This document shows, one piece after another, positions 24,998 through 32,481 of a stretch of 64,000 nucleotides of DNA. This DNA comes from Alphaproteobacteria bacterium. Lineage in GTDB: Bacteria; Pseudomonadota; Alphaproteobacteria; ATCC43930; CGMCC-115725. The stretch covers positions 40,445 through 104,444 of the forward strand of contig JAGWON010000012.1 in the NCBI GenBank assembly GCA_028871055.1, read 5' to 3'. Under the pieces are notes generated by a model that was given only the letters and a program-made list of their open reading frames with translations, made no database searches and had not been told where the DNA came from. Within the stretch, counting starts at the first letter, position 1, and every line of letters starts with the position of its first letter. A program made the position numbers and the translations under genes.

Positions 24998-25047
24998 CCC
25001 CTCACCCTGCCCTCTCCCCCGAAGTCGGGGGCGAGGGTTGGAGTGGG
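24998..25047. repeat. REP element (same family as 9881)
   Basis: CCCCTCACCCTGCCCTCTCCCCCGAAGTCGGGGGCGAGGGTTGGAGTGGG. Confidence 0.75.
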
Positions 25048-25059
25048 AGCACGGCCGCC

Positions 25060-25186
25060 TCAAGTCACGTGCATCAAGCGCAGCGGCAGCGATACCGCTT
25101 CCAACGTCGTGAGGTCGAGATGGCGCGAAGCATGGTCGATGTCGAAGCCGACCACTTCGCGATCGAAGAACGCGTTATCCGCGCCG
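25060..25186 (-). pseudogene. Truncated second DUF2283 copy (C-terminal half only)
   Basis: Own translation, in the same frame directly after the stop of 25189..25389: RGADNAFFDREVVGFDIDHASRHLDLTTLEAVSLPLRLMHVT*. It repeats the xVGxEIxxAS block. Confidence 0.4.
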
Positions 25187-25188
25187 CG

Positions 25189-25389
25189 TCATCCTGTGGT
25201 TTCGAATTCCATGCGGCGGGCTTCGGTGACCCGCTTGGAGGCATCGAGAATTTCCAGCGAAACCAGATTGCCTTGTGCGTCGTAATCGAGAATTACGCCC
25301 GGCTTGCCCTCGTCGCTCTCGACGACACCGGCATCGGGCTTCAGGACGATGCTCAGCGTATCGGTCTTCGAGTCATAAGTCGCTTTCAC
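25189..25389 (-). CDS. DUF2283-family protein (putative antitoxin-like partner of DUF4258)
   Basis: GGAGGG then GTG 25389. VKATYDSKTDTLSIVLKPDAGVVESDEGKPGVILDYDAQGNLVSLEILDASKRV. Confidence 0.65.
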   Translation of the reverse strand: MKATYDSKTDTLSIVLKPDAGVVESDEGKPGVILDYDAQGNLVSLEILDASKRVTEARRMEFETTG

Positions 25390-25661
25390 GGCTCCGCCCT
25401 CCAATATTTTGCGACATTGCTCGTCCGATAGACCGTGACCACCTCTGCCGGCTTTCGGCCAATGTCCACAAACACGCGCACGAGATACGTCCTGCCCCGA
25501 ATTCGATCCGCGATTGTAGCACGTCCCGGCCGCGGCGGACCGAATGGCGCTGCTCGGGCGCGGCCAGGACCTTTCGTACGGTATCCTCGCCGAGACCGCG
25601 GCGCTGCATCTCGAAAGCCGCATGGTCGGTGATCCGGTATTGGCTCGATCGGTTCGGCCAA
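25386..25661 (-). pseudogene. DUF4258-family toxin-like gene, frameshifted
   Basis: One frame gives ..YRITDHAAFEMQRRGLGEDTVRKVLAAPEQRHSVRRGRDVLQSRIEFGAGR. Another gives TYLVRVFVDIGRKPAEVVTVYRTSNVAKYWRAEP*. No start codon lies upstream of the HA-box frame. Confidence 0.55.
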
Positions 25662-25693
25662 GCCTTGTTTTCACTCCGCGTTTCTGAATGACG

Positions 25694-25997
25694 TCAGGCG
25701 GCTCGCTCTACGGCCAGGGAGTCGACCAGCTTGGCGAACTTCGCCTCGATCTCGTAGACCGCCGTGAACTCGGCAAAGGCCTAGCGGCCGAAGCCGCCGA
25801 GATTATTCACGCCCGGCACCCAATAGGCACGCATGGTATTGGCCTTTTCCTTGGCGTTCTTGCCGCGATAGGTTCGCGCGCCGGCGCGAATCGATGATCC
25901 GGTTGGTCGGCTGACCGTCGGCGTCCAATTCCCAATGCCGGCCCGGATAGGCATACGGCGAGTTGAGAATCGGATTCTCGAAGAACTGCTCGGTCAT
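25694..25997 (-). pseudogene. Remnant of a type III restriction Res/helicase subunit (N- and C-termini only)
   Basis: MTEQFFENPILNSPYAYPGRHWELDADGQPTNRIIDSRRRA (N-terminus) is fused out of frame to ..MRAYWVPGVNNLGGFGR*AFAEFTAVYEIEAKFAKLVDSL (C-terminus, with TAG where homologues have Trp). About 300 bp remains of a gene normally near 3 kb. Confidence 0.5.
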
Positions 25998-26057
25998 GCC
26001 CTCCCCGCGCGGCCGAAAGCGCATCCTAGCAGAACAACTTGGAGGTGTAACGGCGGC

Positions 26058-26097
26058 TTACGGCTTCTTCAGCGCGAACGCCGGAACGCCGCCGCGA
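26058..26097. repeat. Degenerate copy of the tusA-like gene 3' end (copy B)
   Basis: TTACGGCTTCTTCAGCGCGAACGCCGGAACGCCGCCGCG reads ..GGVPAFALKKP* on the minus strand. Compare the true gene end at 27616 (..GVLVFTLKKP*). Confidence 0.45.
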
Positions 26098-26116
26098 TCG
26101 CATCGCGATCGAGCGC

Positions 26117-26231
26117 ACCCCCTCACCCCTTGCCGCCATGCCAAGCGTCCCTCGGACGCTTGGCTGAACATGCCGGGTGGCATGTTCACCGGCGGCAAGC
26201 TCCCCCTCGCGGGGGCGAGGGTTGGGGTGGG
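26117..26231. repeat. Composite REP: family-9881 arms split by a 2-hairpin insert
   Basis: CCCCCTCACCCC...CTCCCCCTCGCGGGGGCGAGGGTTGGGGTGGG encloses perfect hairpins CCAAGCGTCC-CTC-GGACGCTTGG (26141-26163) and GAACATGCC-GGGT-GGCATGTTC (26166-26187). Confidence 0.7.
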
Positions 26232-26272
26232 CGCGCGCTTGACCAATGTAACAACAATTCGTACATATACCG

Positions 26273-26535
26273 ATGCCGTTCGAATGGTCGGGCGCAAGCG
26301 GCGCGCGAACCTCGCGAAGCACGGCGTCGACTTCGCCCGGGCCGCGCGGATATTCGACGGTCCGACCCTCGAGGCGGCCGACACAAGGCGGTCCTACGGC
26401 GAGATGCGGATCGGCGCGTTCGGCGAGGCGGACGGCGAGGCATTCTTCGTCGTCTACGCTAGGCGCGGCAGCAACAGGCGTATCATCAGCGCCAGGAAGG
26501 CAGGATCGAATGAGCGGAAACTCTATCGCGCGGCC
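26273..26535 (+). pseudogene. brnT: BrnT-family toxin (DUF497), 1-nt frameshift after FEW and no in-frame stop
   Basis: ATG 26273 gives MPFEW. The body VGRKRRANLAKHGVDFARAARIFDGP...RRIISARKAGSNERKLY lies in a different reading frame, as if one G had been lost from TGGGTC. That frame stays open to 26856, across brnA. An internal ATG at 26284 could still give a truncated product. Confidence 0.6.
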
Positions 26536-26818
26536 GTCGCGCCGGCGGGCAAAGCGGACTCGCGCGGAGACCAAGCGGCTGCGCCGCGTGAGCGACGCCG
26601 CCATCCGGCGCGCCGCCGCCGCCGACCCCGATACCTTCATGCCCGGTGCCGAATGGTTCGCGCGCGCGCGCATCGTCATGCCCGAGCCGAAGAAACTGGT
26701 GACGCTGCGGCTCGATGCCGACGTGCTCGACTGGTTCCGGCATCGCGGCCGGGGCTATCAGACGCGGATCAACGCCGTGTTGCGCGGCTTCGTCGCGGCG
26801 CAGCGCCGGGCACGGTAA
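26510..26818 (+). CDS. brnA: BrnA-family antitoxin
   Basis: MSGNSIARPSRRR...RRVSDAAIRRAAAADPDTFMPGAEWF...KKLVTLRLDADVLDWFRHRGRGYQTRINAVLRGFV. Confidence 0.8.
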   Translation: MSGNSIARPSRRRAKRTRAETKRLRRVSDAAIRRAAAADPDTFMPGAEWFARARIVMPEPKKLVTLRLDADVLDWFRHRGRGYQTRINAVLRGFVAAQRRAR

Positions 26819-26836
26819 CGGGCACGGGTGGAGGGC

Positions 26837-26876
26837 TTACAGCTGCTTCGGCGTGAACGCCGGCACGCCGCCGCGC
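26837..26876. repeat. Degenerate copy of the tusA-like gene 3' end (copy C)
   Basis: TTACAGCTGCTTCGGCGTGAACGCCGGCACGCCGCCGCG reads ..GGVPAFTPKQL*. About 35/40 identical to copy B. Confidence 0.45.
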
Positions 26877-26989
26877 GCGCGCCGCGGATGCGCCGTCAGG
26901 ACAACACAGGCTTGCGAAAGTTTAAGTTGACGCGCGGCCGTATCGGATGAAAATTTTTTCATGCGCCACAACCAACGAACGGCCGGAGC

Positions 26990-27424
26990 ATGATCGTCGC
27001 CGAGGTGCTGCGCCGCAAGGGCGCGCAAATCCACAAGATCCGCGACTTCGAGAGCGTCGCCGAGGCGGTGCGCGCGCTGGCGGCGGCGCGGATCGGCGCG
27101 CTGGTCGTCATCGACCGCAAGGGCGACCTGGCCGGCATGTTCTCGGAGCGCGACGTGGTTCACGCGCTCGACCGCGAAGGGCCCGCCGCGCTCGGCCACA
27201 CCGTCGAGCGCTATATGACCGCCCGCGTCACGACCTGCAAGCCGAACGACCGGATCGACCAGGTGCTGGCGGTGATGACCGTGAGCCGCATCCGTCACGT
27301 TCCGGTGGTGGCCGACAGCCGGCTCCTCGGCCTCGTCAGTATCGGCGACCTGGTCAAGTTCCGGCTCGACGAGAAGGAGCAGGAGACCAACGTCCTGCTC
27401 GACATCACCCGGTCCCATATCTGA
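26990..27424 (+). CDS. CBS-pair domain protein (144 aa)
   Basis: VAEAVRALAAARIGALVVIDRKGDLAGMFSERDVV and RIRHVPVVADSRLLGLVSIGDLV CBS repeats. Confidence 0.85.
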   Translation: MIVAEVLRRKGAQIHKIRDFESVAEAVRALAAARIGALVVIDRKGDLAGMFSERDVVHALDREGPAALGHTVERYMTARVTTCKPNDRIDQVLAVMTVSRIRHVPVVADSRLLGLVSIGDLVKFRLDEKEQETNVLLDITRSHI

Positions 27425-27475
27425 GCGGCGGCGGCACAGCGGCGGCGATGGCCTAGCGCATGTTTTGCTCAGGTC

Positions 27476-27606
27476 GAATCACATTGTCTTCGTCGTTCCC
27501 GCGCAAGCGGGAACCCAGGGGCAAGCGCCGCGCCGTTGCCCCCGAATCAAGTCCGGGGCAGGCTCTGGGCCCCCGCTTTCGCGGGAACGACGATTCGATT
27601 TGATTG
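27476..27606. repeat. MITE/REP-like element with GTTCCCGCG..CGCGGGAAC arms
   Basis: Left TCGTCGTTCCCGCG (27491-27504) pairs with right CGCGGGAACGACGA (27580-27593). Internal hairpins GTTCCCG-CGCAAG-CGGGAAC and CCCGC-TTTC-GCGGG. Both ends carry TCGAATC. Confidence 0.65.
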
Positions 27607-27615
27607 GATACCGCC

Positions 27616-27855
27616 CTAAGGCTTCTTCAGCGTGAAGACGAGGACGCCGTCCGCCTCCTCCCGACAATCCAAGAGATGCGCGCCGGTGGTCTTGCAGAAA
27701 TGCTCGAAGTCCTTCACCGCGCCGGGATCGGTGGCGAGCACGCGCAACACGCCGCCGGGTTTCAATTCCTTCATCGCCTTGCGCGCCTTCAACACCGGCA
27801 GCGGGCATTTGAGGCCTTTGGCGTCGAGCGTGAAATCGGGCGCGGGCGCGGTCAT
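27616..27855 (-). CDS. TusA/SirA-family sulfurtransferase
   Basis: 79 aa with the LDAKGLKCPLPVLKARKAM active-site Cys-Pro motif. Confidence 0.85.
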   Translation of the reverse strand: MTAPAPDFTLDAKGLKCPLPVLKARKAMKELKPGGVLRVLATDPGAVKDFEHFCKTTGAHLLDCREEADGVLVFTLKKP

Positions 27856-27858
27856 CGC

Positions 27859-30084
27859 CTAACCGAACTTGTTGTCGGCGTTGAAGCCGCGGGCGATGCG
27901 GCCGGCGGCAGCGCGGGCGCTGAGCCAGGCGCGCAAATCGGTCTCGACGCGGACGCGGTCGCCCGATTTCCAGCTCAAGCCCTCGGCGCGGATGAACGTC
28001 TTGGCGTCGGAAAGGCCGCCGTCGTGATAGCGCTGGAGGATCACGCCGCGGCCGGCGTTGAGCTCGGGCACCTCGGAGAGCGGGAAGACCAGCAGCTTGC
28101 GGTTCTCGCCGATGACGGCGACGTGATCGCCGGCGACCGGCGACGCCACGCGCGCGACCGCGCTCTTGCCCGGCCGCATCACCTGCTTGCCATTGCGCGT
28201 CTGGGCCAGGACCTCGTCCGCCGGCACCACGAAGCCGCGGCCGTCCGAGGCCGCCAGCAGCAATTTCTCGCCCGGCTTGTAGGCGAGCACCGAGGCCACG
28301 TCGTATTCGTTGGGCAGGTCGACCATCATGCGCACCGGCTCGCCGGTGCCGCGGCCGCCGGGCAGCTTGTCGATCGCCAGCGTATAGAAGCGACCGTTGG
28401 TGGCGAAGACCAGGAGCTTGTCGGTGGTGAGCGCCTCGATGGCGAAGCGCGGGCCGTCGCCCTCCTTGTACTTGACGTCGTCGAGCTTGAGGCCGTGACC
28501 CTTGGCGGCGCGCACCCAGCCTTTGGCGGAGACCAAGACCGTCACCGGCTCGCGCTCGACCAGGGCCTCGAGCGGAACGTCGATCGGCGCCGGCGCGGCA
28601 GCGATCTCGGTGCGGCGCTTGCCGAGCGCCGTGGCCGGGCCGAACTCCTTCCGGAGATCGGCGAGCTCGTCGCCGATGCGCTTCCACTGCTTCTTCTCGT
28701 CGGCGAGGAGACCGGCGAGCTCCTTGTCCTCGGCCGCAAGCTCCTTGAGCTCGGTGCGAATGGCGATCTCCTCGACCTTGCGCAAGGCGCGCAAGCGCAT
28801 GTCGAGGATGGCGTCGGCCTGGAGCGCGGTCAGGTGCCAGCGCTTCATCATCCGCTCGCGCGCGTCGTCGTAATTGCGGATGAGGCGGATGACCTCGTCG
28901 ATGTGGAGATAGACGATCATCAGGCCCTTGAGGACCTGGCTCCGGTGGGCGATCGCCTCGCGGCGGAAGCGCGAGCGGCGCTGCAGCACCTCGCGGCGGT
29001 GATCGAGGAAGGCCTGCAGCGCCTCCTTCAAATTCATCACCCGCGGCACGCCGTCGCGGTCGAGAACGTTGAGGTTGAGCGCGATGCGCGCCTCGAGTTC
29101 GGTCGCGCGGAACAGCGATTCCATCAGCACCGCGGGCTCGACGTTGCGGCTCCGGGGCTCGAGCACCAGACGGACGACGTCGCTCGATTCATCGCGCACG
29201 TCGGCCAGCAGCGGCAGCTTGCGCTCCTCCAGCAGCTGGGCGATGCGCTCGATCAGGCGCGACTTCTGCACCTGGTAGGGAATCTCGCTGACCACCACCT
29301 GGTAGGTGCCCTGGCCGAGCTTCTCGACGTTCCAGCGCGCGCGCAGGCGGAAGCTGCCGCGGCCAGTGGCGTAGGCCTGGCGGATGTTCGCCGCGTCCTC
29401 GACCAGCACGCCGCCGGTGGGAAAATCCGGACCGGGCACCAGCTCGACCAGATCGGCGACGCCGGTGCGCTTGTGCTTCACCAGATGGACGAGCGCGTCG
29501 CACAGCTCGAAGATGTTGTGCGGCGGAATGCTGGTCGCCATACCGACGGCGATGCCGCTGGCGCCGTTCGCCAGCAGATTGGGGAAGCGCGCCGGCAGCA
29601 CGACGGGCTCGTCGTTCTCGCCGTCGTAGGTCGGCCTGAAGTCGACCGTGTTCTCGTCGATCCCGGCCAGCAGCGCCTCGGCGACCGCGGTCAGCCGGCT
29701 TTCGGTGTAGCGCATCGCCGCCGGATTATCGCCGTCGATGTTGCCGAAATTCCCCTGCCCGTCGATCAGCGGATAGCGCTGCGCGAAATCCTGCGCTAGC
29801 CGCACCAGCGCGTCATAGACCGCGACGTCGCCGTGCGGATGGAACTTGCCGATGACGTCGCCGACGACGCGCGCGCATTTCTTGTAGCCCGACTTGGGGT
29901 CGAGCCGCAGCTGGCGCATGGCGTACATCAGGCGGCGATGAACCGGTTTCAGGCCGTCGCGCACGTCCGGCAGCGACCGCGCCATGATGGTCGAAAGCGC
30001 GTAGGAGAGATACCGCTCGCTCAGCGCATCGGCGAGCGCGACGTCGCGGACTTCGCCGACGATGGCGGCGCTGGATTTCTTCAT
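27859..30084 (-). CDS. parC: DNA topoisomerase IV subunit A
   Basis: LSERYLSYALSTIMARSLPDVRDGLKPVHRRLMYAM, 741 aa, in the conserved parC-recO-era context. Confidence 0.92.
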   Translation of the reverse strand: MKKSSAAIVGEVRDVALADALSERYLSYALSTIMARSLPDVRDGLKPVHRRLMYAMRQLRLDPKSGYKKCARVVGDVIGKFHPHGDVAVYDALVRLAQDFAQRYPLIDGQGNFGNIDGDNPAAMRYTESRLTAVAEALLAGIDENTVDFRPTYDGENDEPVVLPARFPNLLANGASGIAVGMATSIPPHNIFELCDALVHLVKHKRTGVADLVELVPGPDFPTGGVLVEDAANIRQAYATGRGSFRLRARWNVEKLGQGTYQVVVSEIPYQVQKSRLIERIAQLLEERKLPLLADVRDESSDVVRLVLEPRSRNVEPAVLMESLFRATELEARIALNLNVLDRDGVPRVMNLKEALQAFLDHRREVLQRRSRFRREAIAHRSQVLKGLMIVYLHIDEVIRLIRNYDDARERMMKRWHLTALQADAILDMRLRALRKVEEIAIRTELKELAAEDKELAGLLADEKKQWKRIGDELADLRKEFGPATALGKRRTEIAAAPAPIDVPLEALVEREPVTVLVSAKGWVRAAKGHGLKLDDVKYKEGDGPRFAIEALTTDKLLVFATNGRFYTLAIDKLPGGRGTGEPVRMMVDLPNEYDVASVLAYKPGEKLLLAASDGRGFVVPADEVLAQTRNGKQVMRPGKSAVARVASPVAGDHVAVIGENRKLLVFPLSEVPELNAGRGVILQRYHDGGLSDAKTFIRAEGLSWKSGDRVRVETDLRAWLSARAAAGRIARGFNADNKFG

Positions 30085-30836
30085 GCCGACTCGATTCGCT
30101 CCGCCGATAGAGTAGCCGTTCGGCGCAGCACGTCAACGAAGCGGCTGCGCGCCGCCGGCATCTTGCGGCCGTGCGGATGAAAGACGCGGCGATCGAGGAA
30201 GAAGCCGGTGAGCTTCAGTCCGGCGAGAATCGCCGCGCAATTCGGTGCCTCCGCGGCATCGAGGAGGAAATGCGGCAACGGCAGGAGCCGCTCGCGATAA
30301 GGCGCGGCAGCAGGCGCGGAGACCGCTTGGCCCGATTTGGGCGAAACATGCGTGAGACCTTCGCGCGTGCCGGTGGCGGCGCAACGCGAGAGGTCGAGGC
30401 CATAGCCGAGCTCAGCGAGCAGATCGAGCTCGAGCCGCACATAGCACGCCGCGTAGCCTTCGTTCCGGTCGAGCGCATCGAGCAGGGCGCTCATGCCCGT
30501 GTAGACACGCGGATGCGGCTCACGCTCCGGCAAAGTTGTGGCGGTAAGCGCCGCAGCGGCGGCGAGGCAGGCGAGGCGCCCCCGATCGTCGATGAAGCGC
30601 GCGGCGTGGCCAAACAGCAGTTCGCCCGCGAACGTGCCGAGGTGATCGGCGAGCCGCGCCGACCACGTCAGCGCGACACGACTGCCGGTCTGATAGAGAA
30701 CGCGGAGCTTCGGCCCCTGCCCGCCGCGAACGAGCCCCGCGTGCCGGCCGTGCCCTGCGGTCAGCACCTCGACGACCAGCGCGCGCTCGCCGTGACGGCG
30801 CGTTGCCAGCACGACACCCTCATCGGTCCAGCGCAT
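30081..30836 (-). CDS. recO: DNA repair protein RecO
   Basis: MRWTDEGVVLATRRHGERALVVEVLTAGHGRHAGLVRGG. ATGA overlap with parC. Confidence 0.9.
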   Translation of the reverse strand: MRWTDEGVVLATRRHGERALVVEVLTAGHGRHAGLVRGGQGPKLRVLYQTGSRVALTWSARLADHLGTFAGELLFGHAARFIDDRGRLACLAAAAALTATTLPEREPHPRVYTGMSALLDALDRNEGYAACYVRLELDLLAELGYGLDLSRCAATGTREGLTHVSPKSGQAVSAPAAAPYRERLLPLPHFLLDAAEAPNCAAILAGLKLTGFFLDRRVFHPHGRKMPAARSRFVDVLRRTATLSAERIESA

Positions 30837-30837
30837 G

Positions 30838-31752
30838 CTATTCGTCGAAATCGAGCCGCATGGCGGCGTAGCGTTCGCGGTCTTCGGTCCAGTCCTCGGT
30901 TACGCGCACATGCAGGAAAAGATGGACGCGGCGCGAAAACATCGTCTCGAGCTCGGCACGGGCCGCGGCGCCGATGCTCTTGATCTGCTGCCCGCCCTTC
31001 CCCAGCACGATCGCCCTCTGTCCCTCGCGCGCAACGTGGATGATCTGGTCGATGCGCACGCTGCCGTCGGGTCGGTCTTCCCATTTCTCGGTCTCGACCG
31101 TCGCCGAATACGGCAGCTCCTGGTGAAGCTGGCGGAAGATCTGCTCGCGCGTCGCCTCGGCCGCAAGGAGGCGAAGCGGCGCGTCGGTGATCTCATCCTC
31201 TCGATAAAGCCACGGCCCTTTGGGCAAGGCGTTCGCAAGATAGGCCTTGAGATCCTCGACGCCATCTCCGGTCAGAGCCGAAATCATGAACACGCGATCG
31301 AAGACCCCTTCCTGATCGAGAGCCTGTGCGAGCGGCAGGAGCCCAGCGCGCTTCACCTTGTCGATCTTGTTGAGCGCAAGAACCGCGCGCCGGCCTTCCG
31401 CCCGCAAGCCATCGATGATCCGCCCGGTATCCTCGTCGAGGCCGCGGGCGACATCGACCAACACCACCACGACATCCGCGTCTTGTGCACCTGCCCACGC
31501 CGCCTTGACCATCGCTCGCTCGAGCCGCCGCTTGGGACCGAAGATGCCGGGCGTATCGATGAAGACGATCTGTGCGTTGCCGTGAATGACAATGCCGAGC
31601 ATCCGGGCGCGCGTCGTCTGCACCTTGGGCGTGACGATGGCGAGCCTCGATCCGACCAAGCGATTGAGCAAAGTCGACTTGCCCGCATTGGGCGCGCCGA
31701 TGAGCGCGACATGTCCGTAGCGGGTCGTGATCTCGTCGGCGCGTTCGCTCAT
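30838..31752 (-). CDS. era: GTPase Era
   Basis: Start at ATG 31752 (MSERADEITTRYGHVALIGAPNAGKSTLLN). KH domain at the C-terminus. ATGA overlap with rnc. Confidence 0.92.
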   Translation of the reverse strand: MSERADEITTRYGHVALIGAPNAGKSTLLNRLVGSRLAIVTPKVQTTRARMLGIVIHGNAQIVFIDTPGIFGPKRRLERAMVKAAWAGAQDADVVVVLVDVARGLDEDTGRIIDGLRAEGRRAVLALNKIDKVKRAGLLPLAQALDQEGVFDRVFMISALTGDGVEDLKAYLANALPKGPWLYREDEITDAPLRLLAAEATREQIFRQLHQELPYSATVETEKWEDRPDGSVRIDQIIHVAREGQRAIVLGKGGQQIKSIGAAARAELETMFSRRVHLFLHVRVTEDWTEDRERYAAMRLDFDE

Positions 31753-32447
31753 GCCGTTTCGCCCAGAGCCGTCAGCAGTGCCGCCGCGGCCGCCGCCTCG
31801 GCTTCGCGCTTGGAACCGCCCGAGGCGGTCTCGGGTTGCACCCCGTCGACGAGCACCGTCACCGTGAAGCGTCGGCGGTGCGGCGGGCCTGTGGTCTCGA
31901 GCACGGTGTAACGCGGCAAGCTCAGCCCACACGCCTGCGCCCATTCCTGCAAGGCGGTCTTGGGGTCGCGTGGCGGCCGGGTCGCACCGATATGGCGGAC
32001 CCAATGCCGCTCGACGAAGCTTTGCGCCGCGGCAAGGCCGCCATCGAGATAGAGCGCAGCGATCACCGCCTCGCAGACATCCGCTAGAACGCTGGTATTC
32101 ATGCGCACGCCGGCGGCGTCCTCGCCGCTCGATACCACGAGGAAGCCGCCAAGGCTGATTTCGCGAGCGACTATCGCCAGTGTCTCGCGCCGCACCAGTG
32201 CCACCTGGCGTCGCGTCAAGACACCCTCGTCATCCTGCGGAAAGCGGTGCCACAGCAACTCGGCCACAATCAGGCCCAGAACGCGGTCGCCGAGGAATTC
32301 GAGTCGCTCGTAGCCGCGCCGGGCCGCCGCGCCCTGATGTGCCGCGCTGGGATGCGTGAGCGCCTCCGCCAATAGCTGGGGTTGAGAGAAATGGTGACCG
32401 AGCGCAGCTTCGAGCGATTTCAAGCCGGCGCGCTCCTTCGGAGTCAT
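31749..32447 (-). CDS. rnc: Ribonuclease III
   Basis: LTHPSA..ERLEFLGDRVLGL signature, plus a dsRBD at the C-terminus. Confidence 0.93.
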   Translation of the reverse strand: MTPKERAGLKSLEAALGHHFSQPQLLAEALTHPSAAHQGAAARRGYERLEFLGDRVLGLIVAELLWHRFPQDDEGVLTRRQVALVRRETLAIVAREISLGGFLVVSSGEDAAGVRMNTSVLADVCEAVIAALYLDGGLAAAQSFVERHWVRHIGATRPPRDPKTALQEWAQACGLSLPRYTVLETTGPPHRRRFTVTVLVDGVQPETASGGSKREAEAAAAAALLTALGETA

Positions 32448-32481
32448 GGCCGCCCGCCGGGTCGCGCCACGCCGTCAGCGC

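Noticed and set aside
24091-25431. 446-aa + ORF
   Set aside because: Antisense to the hsdR N-terminus and runs across a REP element and the DUF2283 gene.
25963-26856. 297-aa ORF read as a single gene
   Set aside because: It is a read-through of REP sequence, the BrnT body and an off-frame pass over brnA. It was split into REP, brnT pseudogene and brnA.
9881-27606. REP copies considered as a possible CRISPR array
   Set aside because: The copies are kilobases apart, are imperfect palindromes of differing families, and have no regular repeat-spacer periodicity or cas genes.
27604-29799. 731-aa + strand ORF
   Set aside because: Exactly antisense to parC. Its Arg/Ala/Gly-rich composition is typical of GC-driven shadow ORFs, and parC has clear family motifs.
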